Assembly (NCBI RefSeq): GCF_964204645.1
Contig: NC_134027.1
Location: forward strand, 22,406,560 to 22,470,559
DNA from: Tubulanus polymorphus
Taxonomy: Eukaryota; Animalia; Nemertea
Reading direction: 5' to 3'
DNA: 64,000 bases
Shown: positions 11,958-25,074 of the stretch, piece after piece
Layout: every line of letters starts with the position of its first letter
Numbering within the stretch: the first letter of the stretch is position 1
The notes under the pieces: model-generated
Seen by the model: the letters and a program-made list of their open reading frames with translations, nothing else
Told to the model about the DNA's origin: nothing
Databases searched by the model: none
Translations under genes and position numbers: made by a program

Positions 11958-13363
11958 CGCCAACTTCTCTGCAACGCAAGCAGTTCTGAGCCAATGAAAT
12001 GCCTTATTATTAAGCAAGTCGTTAAGGTTATCCAAAATGGATACGTTGATGCATAGTTGATGCATTTGGATTATCCAATATGGCCACCACAGTTATATCA
12101 GTGTCTAAAGTATTTCGAGCATGTTACCGCTCTACAATGTATCAGATCAATTTTCTTCATACTTGATCTGTGGATTTATGATGAACCCTATTGTTTTTTA
12201 CATTTGATATCGTCAAAAAATGGCTCCAGCAACCAAATTCCTGCCCCTTAACGAAAAACTTTTTCGGTAGCTTTGTTTAAAAGAAAGTTTGCTAAAGGTG
12301 TAAAAGATACGCCCAAAAGGTACATTCGTGAAAGTTCTGAGGGTTTTAACAAATGTTTCGGTATATTCGCTGGACCAACCCACACAGCTCAATGTTGCAC
12401 GCTAATGCATCTTGTAAGCCTCAATTGCCGGAGTTATTTGTGGATTGTATGATAAATTCCGCTTTCCAAATTTAGGGAGTGGACGCCAATGTCATTCAAG
12501 AATTGACGAAGCTGTTGAACGGTCGTCTCTTTCTTCTCTTCAATCGAAAAGTGATCAAAAAATTTACACGATACTTAGGTAAATCTAAGCAATGCGCCGC
12601 CTTTGCGACGAGTCATCGCGATTGGCAGGGGTGTGAAAAAGGAAGGAGGAACATTTAGGTGATGACGCATAAACACGCTGACATTAAAAAGGGCAATACG
12701 ACGAGTTTTGAATACACCTGGCTCTAAAAGAAAAAAATCAAATATTTAGGGCCAACTCACCGGCAAGTACCGGGTACAGAATAACCAGAACAACACGTAA
12801 AGATCCACCAAACGAACGTTATGCATTCAGTCAAATTCATGATTAATCAATTTCAATTTAGACCTTTTTTCGTATTTGAATGATTTAAAGCCGCGGGTTT
12901 TTATGGAAACTCGGAAGCCGCGGGTTTGACCAAAGACGAGACCTTGCGTCGAAAATGTAGCGGACAAATTGAAGGGACGATAATAGGGGCAATTTACGGT
13001 AACATTCCTTACATTTAATAGCAGAATCGTTATCACTATGTATATCGTATCGGCGACCTAGTGTTAATATCTATGTGTGTTGGCCAATTTATTAACTCGA
13101 TGTGAGTACAGTAGGCTTACGCTGAAGAGTAAGGAAAGGCACGCTTTCATACGGTGGCTAGGGAGGGAGTGAACGGTGAGCTCCAACGGCCAAAGTGTGA
13201 GGGTCACCAGGCTTGTAGCCACCTTCAAAATCGCTCCGGAACTATATCGTAAGTTTAGTGTTCGCGTACACCGCCGCCTGATCATAAGTCCAGGCGTCGG
13301 TGCGCTGAGTTGTAGTGGGATGATAGACAACAGTTTACACTCATCCGCGCCGTCTCTGAAATA

Positions 13364-16300
13364 ATGGCTCGATATCATACAAGCATTGCAGTGTTATTAC
13401 TGCTTATCATGGGTAAGTAAATATTCTTATCGAATCAGTAAAATTCGTGGATAGGGATTATAGAATCTTGTACTAACTTTAACTGGTACGCGGAAGCGAT
13501 AGTTCATTCATTCGACATCAAACAAAGAAACTTGACATTTTTTACTCATTGTAGGCCTATATCCATTATCCTTGATAGTTAATATCGGCGGGGAGAGAAA
13601 CGAGTTGGATATGTCTTCTATTCGCGGCTGTAACAACTGAAGATATTTCTAGGATTCATTATTACTCGCAGACTGTTTGTGTAAAAAAAAACTAGGCGAG
13701 TCTTAAAACTCAAGAAGTAGATCATCAATTCTATAAAAAAAACCACTCAACTCTCATCGGAATAGAATTAACTTGACGTCTTAATTAACTCAAAATCAGA
13801 TATTATGCATTTTCTAACTTCGAATATCTGGAACAGCTTTAAAATGCATTATTTACAATTTTTCCGCAGGAGCGATATTTCAACGTGACGCGCTCTTAAA
13901 CCCGGTCTTCGAAAACGTCTCGTTAATGATATATTTGTCGTCATTAGGTTCGACGAAGAGAACGTGCTGGGATTAATCGACCGCGTTCGAATTCGTTTCA
14001 TCCATATATCAACGTTACAGGGATATGGTCATATTCCACAGTAGAGCCCGAATATCCTAACGGGAAATATGCGATTTGATTAACGGACCTTAATTCTAAA
14101 TCGACTTATGCTCAGTCATTTGTTTATATCACGACCATATGAATCGTGCCGTCCCTGATACATGGAAATAAAACGAAGATGATTTCTGACTCGGTAAAAG
14201 CCTTTACAATAATGTTTATATACAATTAAGGGGTTCTGTGTGAATCGTTGTTCTCTACGTCATCGATATTGGCGTATGAAAATGATAATTACAAATGTGG
14301 ATTTTGGCGATTATTTTTTTAGCCCACTTTGGACTTTAGTCCCAGCGGGCTATTGCGTTCAATTTTCGTCCGTCTTCCGTCCGTCCGTTCGTCCGTCCAT
14401 CCGTAGACGGAACCCAGTTATTTTGGGAAGTTTTGAAGACGCTTCAATGTAATGTCTTGATATTTGGGTTACACATGTACCTACCCTAGACACATCTTCA
14501 GCCCAAAAGCTGGCTCTGTCAGAATCAAGAGGGCTGACTTGCAGCCATTGTTGTTCGCCAAAATCAGCACTTTTAACACATTTTTGAACTTTTGGAGGGA
14601 AATTTTGAAGACGCTTCGATCAATTACCTTGTTCTTTCGTATATATTTGAATCCCCCAAGGGCCCATCAGCATTAGAAAAATTTGGTCGAACGGACTCAA
14701 GATGGCCGTTTTAGTGCCCAAAATTTATTTCCATATTAAATTGGTAACGAGGCATATTTTGATATCACAATCAATTAAAAAATCATAGCTGCTGACATAT
14801 TCTATATTTTTTTGTGAGTTTCAAGGTCATTAGTTTTTGTATATGGTCACCAGGGGGCGTTGAATATTGAAAGTGTTAGATTGTTGAGCATTTTAAACCA
14901 CTTACCAAGTGGGCGTGGTGTCCCTAGACCCCTAGTTGTTGAATATTATATCATTTCATAACTCTTATTTCATTTTTCATATATTCTAATCATTATCTTT
15001 GAGGGGATGTGTGCACTACGTCATCGATATATCGGGGCTAGACTGGTTACCGGTCAATTCAATTCAATTTAATTATCGATATAAAATCATATAACTTATA
15101 TTTCATTATTTATTGTAGACAATATTAAGCAATGTGTTATTTTTCGAGGCGTCAATAATCATTCATGTTAGTTGTCCTGTTCATTTCTCTGACGATGAGA
15201 TTTAGTTAAAACCTCGAACTCTTAGAAAAATGAATCTATTTAATTATCATCAATATGAGTTCATTAATCAACCTTAGAATAGAATAGCAAGAATAGAATT
15301 TAGAATATATTTCTATTGCTCACAAAATTCTGTTTTATTTTGGATAGATGATAGCCAAGGCTAATATCTATCCAAGATTATACGACAGAGACTATGGTGA
15401 ACCTCAGAACTCCCGCCTCAAAACTGCATTGTATGTCTTTAATATCGTGGATATATCCAATCCAATATTTTCAGTATAGGTCAATTCACACCTTTTAGTA
15501 TAAGACAAAAATGCCTGAATTCGGATTTGAATCGGGGTTCTAATGTTAATACTCGAATGTCGCATGATTAATCAAACCGGGATTATAGTCTCGACGTCGA
15601 AACCTCGTGAATAGGATTATCCTCGAGTTCATTGATTCAGGAAGTGATAGATGATAACGAAAACTCAACGCGCATCCTTTAGAATTCACGCGAAAAAAAA
15701 ACAACAACCAAGACACGATTATTCATCTGTTTAAACATAAAAATAAAATTCGAGAGAAATTCCACAATGAATTCAGCCAAAGAAAAAAAAAATCTGAATT
15801 CGTATATGAATATATATTTTGAGCAACGTTTCGGCTTAAGACTCTTAGCCATCATCAGGCGTACTGAGTACTGAGTAAATTGACAGGATATTTATACTGA
15901 GTGATTAAAAAGTTGAAAGGTTGGATACAGATCAAAGTAATCTAACGCAATTGCACTTCTTTCAACTTTTTAATCACCCACTCACTCCAGTCCCTTTGAT
16001 TTATATATTGTATAAGATTTACTCTGTTCTCAGTACGCCCGATGATGGCTAATAGTCTTAAGAGGAAACGTTGCTCGAAATTACAGTCATTCAATTACGC
16101 AGTCTTCTTCTTAGCTGAATTTATTGTTGGATTTCTCTCTAATATTCATCTAAACACAGATATTGTGTATCTTCTCGACTTATGTCTTTCCCTCGTACAA
16201 CTTCCGTACACTATAAAGCAACCTTTTCGATTCATTCAATATGTTAATCTTGCTATCCATTCATTTTCCATTTTGCATCAATGGATCGCATTTCATTTTT

Positions 16301-19300
16301 ACGTCGTGTTATGTCAGACAATCCTTTTTTGATATACAAATTTTATTGCTCTGTTCGGGCTCCTCCCATCTGTATACTTACTTAGTACATTTGTAATTAA
16401 CTTATTTTTGTTATTGACGGATGAAAGAAATTATTGTACTTTGTATATTCATGGTGACATATGGATTACTGACTTTCTAAATCATCGAAGAACCCCATGG
16501 GATTCACATTGAAGGGATCGCTCCTAAGTATCTTTTTTCTAAGTTCCTTTCACGATGTGCCGGAAATTCTTGTGGCGGTATATCGCTCAGTTAAAAACCA
16601 CTCTTTGCTTTTTTTCATTGCAAATGAAAATTATGAAACCAAATGCACTGTAAATTGTAAATCCTTCACAAAACCCCCAAGAAGAAGGATACGTCAGGCC
16701 TAGCGCACACAGTATAAAATGGAGATGAAACACTGCGCGCATCGTTTCGCGCAAATATCGAGGATTCCGGAAACATTATCTCGCGAAACTTTGTTTTGAT
16801 AATGGTGTGCTATATCAGAGTTGCTCGATAAAGAAGAACCCATTGAAAAACTATCCAATCAGTGACAATGAGCGAATCCCATGACATGTATCACCGTCAT
16901 TCTAGGCCGACTTTTCATTAGGCCGGTTTTCATAGCTAGTCGACTAGTGGTCGGAACTAATAACCAAACACACTATAGTTCGATCCTAACGTATTTCACA
17001 GTGTCGGCCATCTTGAACCTAGGTCCGAACTATAGCGACCGTGCTCAATTGCGTAGTCGACCATTTCTTGACCACTAACGGACATTCGGTTTCGTTTAGT
17101 TCGACTATAGTCGACTAACTCCGATGACCGAAGTTCACCATGATTGTGATTAATAATGATTGTTTTTCTATTCGCTATCTGACGCCTTATGTTTTTCTAT
17201 GTTTCTTGTTTTCAGCGTGTGCAATATTAGGTGAACTAAACCCTGGAACAAACTCGTCATAAGCACAAAAGATACTTCTTGTTTCGAGGTTTTTCTTAGA
17301 GGAGCTTTAGGTTTTGCAGTAGGAATACATATGTGCACATGTGGTCGCCAATTAATAGACCTTCAAGATATCTAAATTCACTCATAAATCTGCGTTTTAC
17401 GTTGCAACGACTTAAGGCCCTTGCCGTGCTACATTGTTTAGCTCTTCTCGTCATCTGTTTAAAGAAACTGCCATAGCAAAAAAAAATCCACTATACCCTG
17501 CACAAAATATTATACGGACGATACAAAGGAGATGTCCAAAGGTCAGAAAGAATATTCTAGCGTACTGTTTCCTGTAATGTAGAGTGATTTTTAGTGGTTT
17601 TGGTTTGTGTGGGTGTTTCAACGATTTCCTCATGCGGTGGCTTTTGACTGACGGCTGCCTGCTATTAATTATTTCAAGATTTGAAATCGTGCAGACGAAT
17701 CGATATTTACGTAGATTAGAAAATTGAAATATACTGGCATTATAGCGATAGTAACTGTATAATACAGATCCAACTCGTCGCGAGAAGGGTAATTATCTTT
17801 AAGATGTTTATCCATTTCGGAAATAGCTATATCAGGCAAAGGGAGCGTTCATGTTGGGATTTCAGGTTAAGAAAAACGTTGCCACACAACAAGCTAAATA
17901 TTCCAAATAGATTCAAAATTTAACTACAGTGAATCGAAAAGGAACGAGTTGATGATTTAGATCGCGTAGTTTTATTATTCTCGACCATTTTTATTAACGG
18001 GCATATTGTTCACACATTTGTATACAAAGGAGAAAAATAAGAACATTTGAAAACGTAACGAAGTTATTGTCCGACTTTATGGCACGCCATCTGGTGGGAG
18101 AGCCGGTACCACGCTTTTACAGCCATGAAGAATTCCATTTGCCACCATTGATGTAATGAACTTGACGTTTCGTTTTTCCTATCGTGGCCGCGATCGTCCC
18201 AATGACACTGAAAGAATCCAATCAATTTTGACCGTCTCAGCATTCAATATCACTATATTCCATATACGGAATTACAGCAATATCGCAAATGATTTATGAG
18301 AGGGTTAATGTGATAGCCCTACCACGAAAGCCGTCAAGCTCTACGAAATAGATTGAATATAAATCACACGACACGAGGGGGTTACCAGTCTAATGGACTG
18401 CAGTAGGTTGAAGTATTAAGCTAACATTTATGCTAACATACTTCTAAACAGTTAAATACGCATCAACTTTGAGTAAGGATAGTTCTATGTCTATCCACTC
18501 CTGATTCTCTCTAACCCCTCCCCTCTTCCTCTCCCCTCTCATCCCCCTCCTCCACTCACATTAACCGATATTCTTGGGAGTACGAAAAATATTTACTGCG
18601 TCTACAACGCCTTCCCTTCTTTTCTGCGAATATAGTGCTCATTAAAAATATCGATCCCTTGAAAACCGAGTTTACAGCCGCGTTTGACCTTAGAAAGCGA
18701 CGGTTTGATATCCGACCCGATGGCGTTGTGAAGTAATATATTTGATATCGATTCCAGACCAATCCATTATAAGTACAGTAATTTGCCAACTGGATCTGAG
18801 AGTGACTTCACTGCTGCAAATGCTGCTGCTGCTGCTCTGATCAATTGGAGAATTAACTCACAGTTTTCTCACAAGGCCGATATATCTTAAAACGTTCCGA
18901 CACCGTCATTGACGGTTGAATGTTTGACTGGATTCTAAACTGTCCTGGTACAATTGGAGCAACTGCCACTTAGCTTATCTACAGCAACGCCATGTATATC
19001 TATAAGTTCTGTTTCTCAGTTTGCATTTGAAATAATCTATTTTCTTATACAGGATTACGCGTTTTTCTAGCGACTTGTAAACGGTAGAACCCATTATCAA
19101 AAGCGCCATCCAGAAACGGTTGATTGAACAGAAATGTCTTGGGCCTTCCATTCGGATACTGAGAGACAATGTATATGTCTGTTTGGGTGGGGAATTCCAC
19201 AAAACGGATGCAAAATGTCCGCAACATTTTCAAATAAATTCAAATATTCAGGGTCTACGAAATACTGGCGATAAACTTAATCTGGGATTCTCTCGTGATC

Positions 19301-21703
19301 GGGACTTACGGCCTTCATTCTGGCAATCTATCGTTGGATATTTCTGCGGAAGCCATCTCTATCAAACCGAGTGTACATAATTTCTGTAATAAAACTGTCA
19401 CTGAAATGATCAAACGGCGCTTGGTGCTGTTGACGTCTTCTAAATGACATTTTGGTTCATTTTGAATGACAAACCGTAGAGATGCGTGTGCATCTGGTTT
19501 CCATAGACAAGTGACTTCGTCTGATATCGATAAAGCGAAAAACCCACAATAAGATGAAAAAAAGCAGAGAGTCTGACGTCTCGACTCGAAATCTACGTAT
19601 GAGCCATTTTCAAAATCTATCTACCGATTTTGAAAATAGCTCATAGTCGAAACGTCAGATTCTATCATGGTTTTTCATCTGCCTTATTGTGGTTTTTTTC
19701 GCTTTATTCATGTGTATCATTACGGCTAGCGCATAGGAATATGCACCGCTTATGTGCCTTTTGGAAGCTCCAAAAATGAACATGCATTTTGGGATTGACA
19801 CCGTCTGGTTTAAGGTAAAGGTAAAGGGCGCGTGCCAAAGACCTCTATAATGTCTAAGACTTTAATTAAATATATTTATTTTATAGATTGTTTGGCATCG
19901 AATCAAGAAGACAAACTAACCAGAGATCTGATGTCATTCATGGAAGAAAATCACATACAAATCGGAAGTGTCGGCGTGATGCATTCTGGGAAACTGGTAT
20001 ACGCACGTGACATTAAAAGAATCGGACTTGAACAAAGTGTCGTACAACAAACAACGCAGATGTTTCCAATGTTGCAAGTGTCGCACATGATGACGTCGTT
20101 GGCAGTGTTACACCTTAGCGACAAAAATTCGATAGATCTGAATAGGAAAGTATTCGTGAAGTCGGGAGCTTTGAGCGGATTTCTGGAGGCGATTCCGGAC
20201 AGCGTCGATCCTCGTATTCGTGATATAACTGTTATGCAGTTGTTGTACGAAACGGCGGGCTGGGATCGGCACGAAGATTTCCGGGAATCCGGAGTACTGT
20301 TGCCTAGCGATGCCATTAGAACAATGTTACAACACAAATTACATTCGGTTCCAGGAAAAAAGTTCAAACATTCGGCGTTTAACGAATTATTGCTGCGAAT
20401 AATCATCGAAGACGTCACCGGTATCAGTTATGAAGAGTACGTAAAACGACATATATTGATTCCGTTCGGTATGTGGATGACTAAACTAACTCGACATCCG
20501 CTAGAGGACGCTGCCGGTGGTATTTACAACACTAATCTAATACCTACTACTTGGGTGATGACGATACAAGACGCTATGAGACTGGTGTCCGCCGTTACGC
20601 ACGACGCCAGTCCAATCATACGCAAAGATACTTTGAAGTTGATATTTACTCGACCTAGTCCGCCGTACCCGCGGCTAACCGATACGTGGCACGGCATGGG
20701 GGTCAAGGTCAAAACCGACGGCTCGTTTTGGGTCGAATCGTACGCGTCCGGGAATTATCTTCTATTGCATTCTTACGGTCCCGATTCGGCGTTTATAACG
20801 CATTTCAAAACCCATAACCCGACTTTATTCAAACACCTATTCCTCGACTATTTCAAACGAGTCGACAACTGGGTCGACACCGATGATCTGATGGGCGGGG
20901 ATCTATTTTCTTCGCTATACAAAGATGATGGCATATCGTTCCGCATACACGAGCAGCACCTATCGGCGTATATTGAAGCTTTGAGAAAAGTAGACTATCG
21001 GCCGACTTGGATAAACGCCTACAGCGACGACCGTCATCAAGTCACCTTTTTCGCCGTGATCGCGGCGAAAACCTCGGCAACGAGCAAAAACGACTGGCTG
21101 CTTCAACACGGCATACCCGGCGAAAGGGTCGACACGGTCGTGGGAAACAAAGAACGAAGGGGATACCGATTGAATTTGATCCAGAACTACGTCTGCTACT
21201 CGCACGAAGACAGAAAGTGCAGTTTGGTATTGATGCGGACGCCCCGTAACCGAACGGCCGATATCGTGCTGGTTAATCAACCGTACAGCGAATACTTGAA
21301 GAAGGTCCCCGATTATCATCGCGATGGTTACGTAGCAACCGTTCAAAGCGTAATGGCGTTCAACGGACAACGACGAGTCAGCGCTGTCTTACTGAAAAAC
21401 GCCGACGCCAAATACAAACCGTTTTTAGATTTGACGATCGACGACTTCGAACGCGTCATCTACGAAGAGGCTTTGAACGGCTTCAATCTGTGTTATCTAG
21501 ACACCTATCACAACAACGAAAAGCTGTTGTTTTCGGCGGTATTCGAACAGGGACCGGGCGAACGATGGATCCTGCAACAAGATCTAAACCTGAGCAACCT
21601 AGCGCGTGAAATCGAACTGCTGAAACAAACGAAGCTGTTCCCGAAAATGATCGTCGGATACGAACGCAATAATACGAACTATTTCAGCATTTTCTATACT
21701 TAA
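13364..21703 (+). CDS. Secreted beta-lactamase/serine-hydrolase-fold protein with five C-terminal BTRD1 (polyglycine-hydrolase-like) repeats; catalytic residues degenerate (~621 aa)
   Basis: Exon 1 (13364-13412, MARYHTSIAVLLLLIM, phase-1 GTAAGT) splices in frame to exon 2 (19887-21703, after ttttatag). AmpC-like motifs: G.lvY, IDLNRKV, ITVMQLLYETAG, PGKKFKHS, IEDVTGISYEEYVKRHILIPFGM. The C-terminus has five ~50-aa repeats. Exon 2 is well supported; the exon-1 link is inferred. Confidence 0.85.
14318..14937 (+). mobile_element. Non-autonomous Helentron (HINE)-like element
   Basis: Starts ttttagcccactt, contains a (ccgt)n microsatellite, and ends aagtgggc followed by a short imperfect hairpin and ctagtt. 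Related fragments lie at ~2690-2900 and ~7300-7480. Confidence 0.55.
15725..16160. mobile_element. Penelope-like (PLE) terminal fragments in inverted orientation
   Basis: Arms gagcaacgtttcggcttaagactcttagccatcatcaggcgtactgag / ctcagtacgcccgatgatggctaatagtcttaagaggaaacgttgctc, carrying the CTGATGA..GAAACG motif typical of PLE ends. Confidence 0.6.
16918..17130 (+). mobile_element. Interspersed repeat family C
   Basis: cgactagtggtcggaactaa..cactatag..gtgtcggccatcttg..gacattcggtttc recurs at 22835-23065 and partly at 22220-22310. Confidence 0.7.
19530..19710. mobile_element. Inverted PLE-like terminal fragments
   Basis: Arms ataaagcgaaaaacccacaataagatgaaaa..tctgacgtctcgact / agtcgaaacgtcaga..ttttcatct..ttattgtggtttttttcgctttat. 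Confidence 0.6.
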
Positions 21704-22319
21704 AGATATAAGCCCGCGCACAACAAGAGAGAGCGAACGGCGAATTTAATTGTCTGATATTTCATATTTACAGCACTATTGAGGATTAATTAGTGACATC
21801 CATCACGAGATATCATTATTCGCTGTCTCTTATTATACCAGCGTTATAGTATATAGAACAAGATAATCTCCAGATGATTAGCATGCAGCTTCGCTTAGTA
21901 ATGAGCGCGCACCATTTCTGGTATTTCTTCATGATATTGTATTATTATGATTATGATTATTATAATAATTATTATTATTATTTATTATTATTCAAATATT
22001 TTGTAAATTAACAAAAAATACGAATGAATGAGATTAGACGAATCAGTTTGTTCATATTTAATATTCACCCAGTCCTGGGAGTGGTTGTTTCCGCAATGAT
22101 CTACGTCGCTCTACGATCCTAGAGTACACAGTACCCATCATGTACTGGTACATCAGACACTAAGGTTCTTGGTGAAATTTAATGGTGCCTCTAATTTGTG
22201 GACTCTGTGGCAGGGCGTACTTCGGTTTAAGGTCTTCACGTATTTCACACTGTCGGCCATCTTTGATTTAGGTCTCTACTACAACGCCGTGCTTATTCTC
22301 CTGGACCAATTGCATAGTT

Positions 22320-22700
22320 AGAGATTAGACTTAAGACCAGTCTAAGACCAACTTAGTTCTATAGCCAATCGAACAACGTAAGACCAGTCTTAAGAATTAA
22401 GACCACTTTTGGACTTAAATTTGTGAGAATTTTGAACCCAGGGGCCGGTTCCTCAGTTGAGACTTAAGTCGAAAAATGGTCTTAGATTTAAAGACTGGTC
22501 TTAAGTTGTTAGATTGTTTGTAGAATTTAGATGGTCTTAAATTGGTCTTAAGTCTAAGCCATGACTATGCAACATCTTACTTGCAGTATCGCGCGGAAGA
22601 GATATTTCAATTATACGACGGATGAAACTAATCTTTAACTAGTCCATAGAAGTTGGTTTTTAGACTGGTCTACGTTAGTCGCGATTATGGAACCGACCCC
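22320..22700. mobile_element. Cluster of MITE fragments built on gacttaagaccagtcttaag
   Basis: Inverted and direct copies of cttaagaccagt / actggtcttaag, with ggggccggtt and aaccgacccc ends. Confidence 0.55.
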
Positions 22701-22814
22701 CAGGAGCCAGTTTCACAAAAAGTTTTACTACTCCTGAATCGTATTGAATTCTCATTTAATTCAGTTTATCTAAAATCGACTTAAGAGTTGATGTTTTAAC
22801 TGCACTCTGGGCGA

Positions 22815-23065
22815 ACGTCGGCATTCGTAGTTATTCGACTAGTGGTTGGAGCTAATTATCGAACGCACTATAGCTCGGTCTTAACGTCGCATTTCATAGT
22901 GTCGGCCATCTTGGGACAAAAGGCCCGAACTACTACAGCGACCGTTCGACTTTTTCCCGACAATGCGCGTTCGACCAACTGACATTCGGTTTCATCGTGG
23001 ACGTATGATCTAGTTTATATGTCCATGGTTTCGTTCAGTTCGCAATTAGTCGACTAACTCCGATA
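22815..23065 (+). mobile_element. Interspersed repeat family C, copy 2
   Basis: Homologous to 16918-17130. Confidence 0.65.
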
Positions 23066-23743
23066 AGGAGAGAGTGGTGCGATGCCGGATGTGGGAATAG
23101 GGAAAATGGCAGTGTCAGGGTCTATAGAGGGAAAGTCTTGTTTCACTCGGTAATGAATCACACAATCACCGATTGAGTCTGGTTTCCTTCAATTGCTGAT
23201 GCTCAAGCACGTATCTCCGAATCTTCTACTTAGACACGCTACAACATCAACATCATTATAGCTTTGCGATGGAACGCATCAATGAAAGATAGAAAAAATG
23301 ACATTGCTATCCATCCATATCTTCTACACAGGATAAGAGAGATAGAATGTTCTTCGATGAATATGTATAAAGATAGGGGTTTCGCACTAATTGACGGATT
23401 AGTGATGCGATAACAGATTGTTCGCCCAGTGATGACATCTTAAGACGTTACTAATCAATTCTAGAAGAGTAATCTACCGGCTAATCTATATGGGAAGCAA
23501 CGAACTTTCACATACATTAAGCATATTCATATTCATATTCTTTATTTACTAATAAATATGTTACATACTAGATGATAACAAGGTGATGTAATTTGAGGCG
23601 ATGGATATCAGGAGAACTTGTAACCATAAAGCATGAATCAAAATTCAGTTACTTCGCAATTATTTCATGAAACTACCCTAAAATGAGAGAAAAACCTTCA
23701 GAGGACCCACTAGATACACAATCCATCAGGATAAAAACTGATC

Positions 23744-23816
23744 AGGTTCCATCGGGTTTCGAACCCGAGACCTTCTGCGTGTTAAGCAGATGTGATAACC
23801 ACTACACCATGGAACC
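23744..23816 (-). tRNA. tRNA-Val (anticodon AAC)
   Basis: GGTTCCATGGTGTAGTGGTTATCACATCTGCTTAACACGCAGAAGGTCTCGGGTTCGAAACCCGATGGAACC. All stems pair, A and B boxes are intact, and a TTTTT terminator lies just downstream. The discriminator base is T rather than A. Confidence 0.88.
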
Positions 23817-25037
23817 AGTTATATACAACGTGATATAGATCGGTACAAGAGAAGATACGATTTAACTCACTCACCCGTTATACAACTAAAATTAAAGATC
23901 GAAAAATACACATTACATAAAACAAGATACAATATTTATAACAAAATACCAATACAAAATGCATTAGTTGGTCATAATATATAAGATACGTACAAAAGGT
24001 TTGATTACTTGTGAATGCGAACTTTTCCAAGCCGGAGTACGACAACCACACTCAAACGTGGTGAACGGATAATAGGATAAAAACCCACTATGTACAATTA
24101 AGAGAATTTAAAATCTAGAATTTATTTCTAAAATGTAAAAACACGACGTTTCGATCTCACACTAGAGATCCTCGTCTCGTACATAGTGGGTTTTTATCCC
24201 AGTATTTGGTAATTCAACGGAATTCAATTAAGAGACCTGATTCGTATTGGACATGTGCGCTTATTTTCTCCGAGAATGTATTTGGCGAATTTAAGATGCA
24301 CACTTTTAACGGATAAGTTTTGCTGGTCGTTCATGTCAAAAAGAGTTTGCCCCAAACTCAGCTGAATAGTTTAATGGAACAGAGTAATGGGATGGACATT
24401 GGAGGAGAGAGGTTTTGAGAAGGCTATTCAGCTCTTTTAGTCCACGAACAAACATCTATGGCCGGTTCTGGCCAGAAAGTCTGAATCTTTTTTTTACATG
24501 TTGATTTCGCACCCGCTAAAAACCAATTGTAGGGCCTGAGAAAAAAATGATTACAAACGTAAAAGTTGTTTTTATCAGGAACCTATTAACGTTCACTAGT
24601 CAGCAAGCTAGCTTGTATGAACTTGGTTGAGTTTTTAAATGTTTTTCTTTATTTATCTTGAATATGTGAGATACTATTTTCCCCTCATACCTTATGTACC
24701 ACGGGAATGTTCGGAATGTGATAGAGTTATCTAATCTAATCTTATGGAAATGCAGCCTATACCGGCAGGCGGTTGATTCGCAGTTGAAATTGAATGACAC
24801 ATAGTCGAGGTCATCGAAATCAGTCATGAGTTCGGTGTTCGCTATATCTTCAGGGTGCGTCGCTTCGTTATTTAGACCGGGTTAATTGCGTCCGTTCCAA
24901 TTTAGTACGGACAAAGCGTTCGCACTAGCAAAATTCAGTTACTTCGCAATTATTTCATGAAACTACCCTAAAATGTGGGAAAAACTTTCTTCAGAGGACC
25001 CACTAGATACACAATCCATGAGGATAAAAATTTATCA

Positions 25038-25074
25038 GGTTCCATCGGGTTTCGAACCACTACACCATGGAACC
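25038..25074 (-). pseudogene. Internally deleted tRNA-Val copy
   Basis: Duplicate of 23745-23816 lacking 35 nt between two AACC tetramers. Confidence 0.9.

Noticed and set aside
18556-19380. Possible antisense exons within the beta-lactamase-like intron
   Set aside because: Splice-like sites exist, but I could not build an open multi-exon frame or recognise a domain.
19832-19886. ORF-track N-terminus (MPKTSIMSKTLIKYIYFI) of the 623-aa ORF
   Set aside because: It starts at GTG and runs through an AT-rich acceptor tract ending ttttatag; better explained as intron.
19887-21703. Bacterial contamination or an active antibiotic-resistance gene
   Set aside because: It is embedded among animal genes and repeats, has a spliceosomal acceptor, and lacks the SxxK and YxN catalytic residues.
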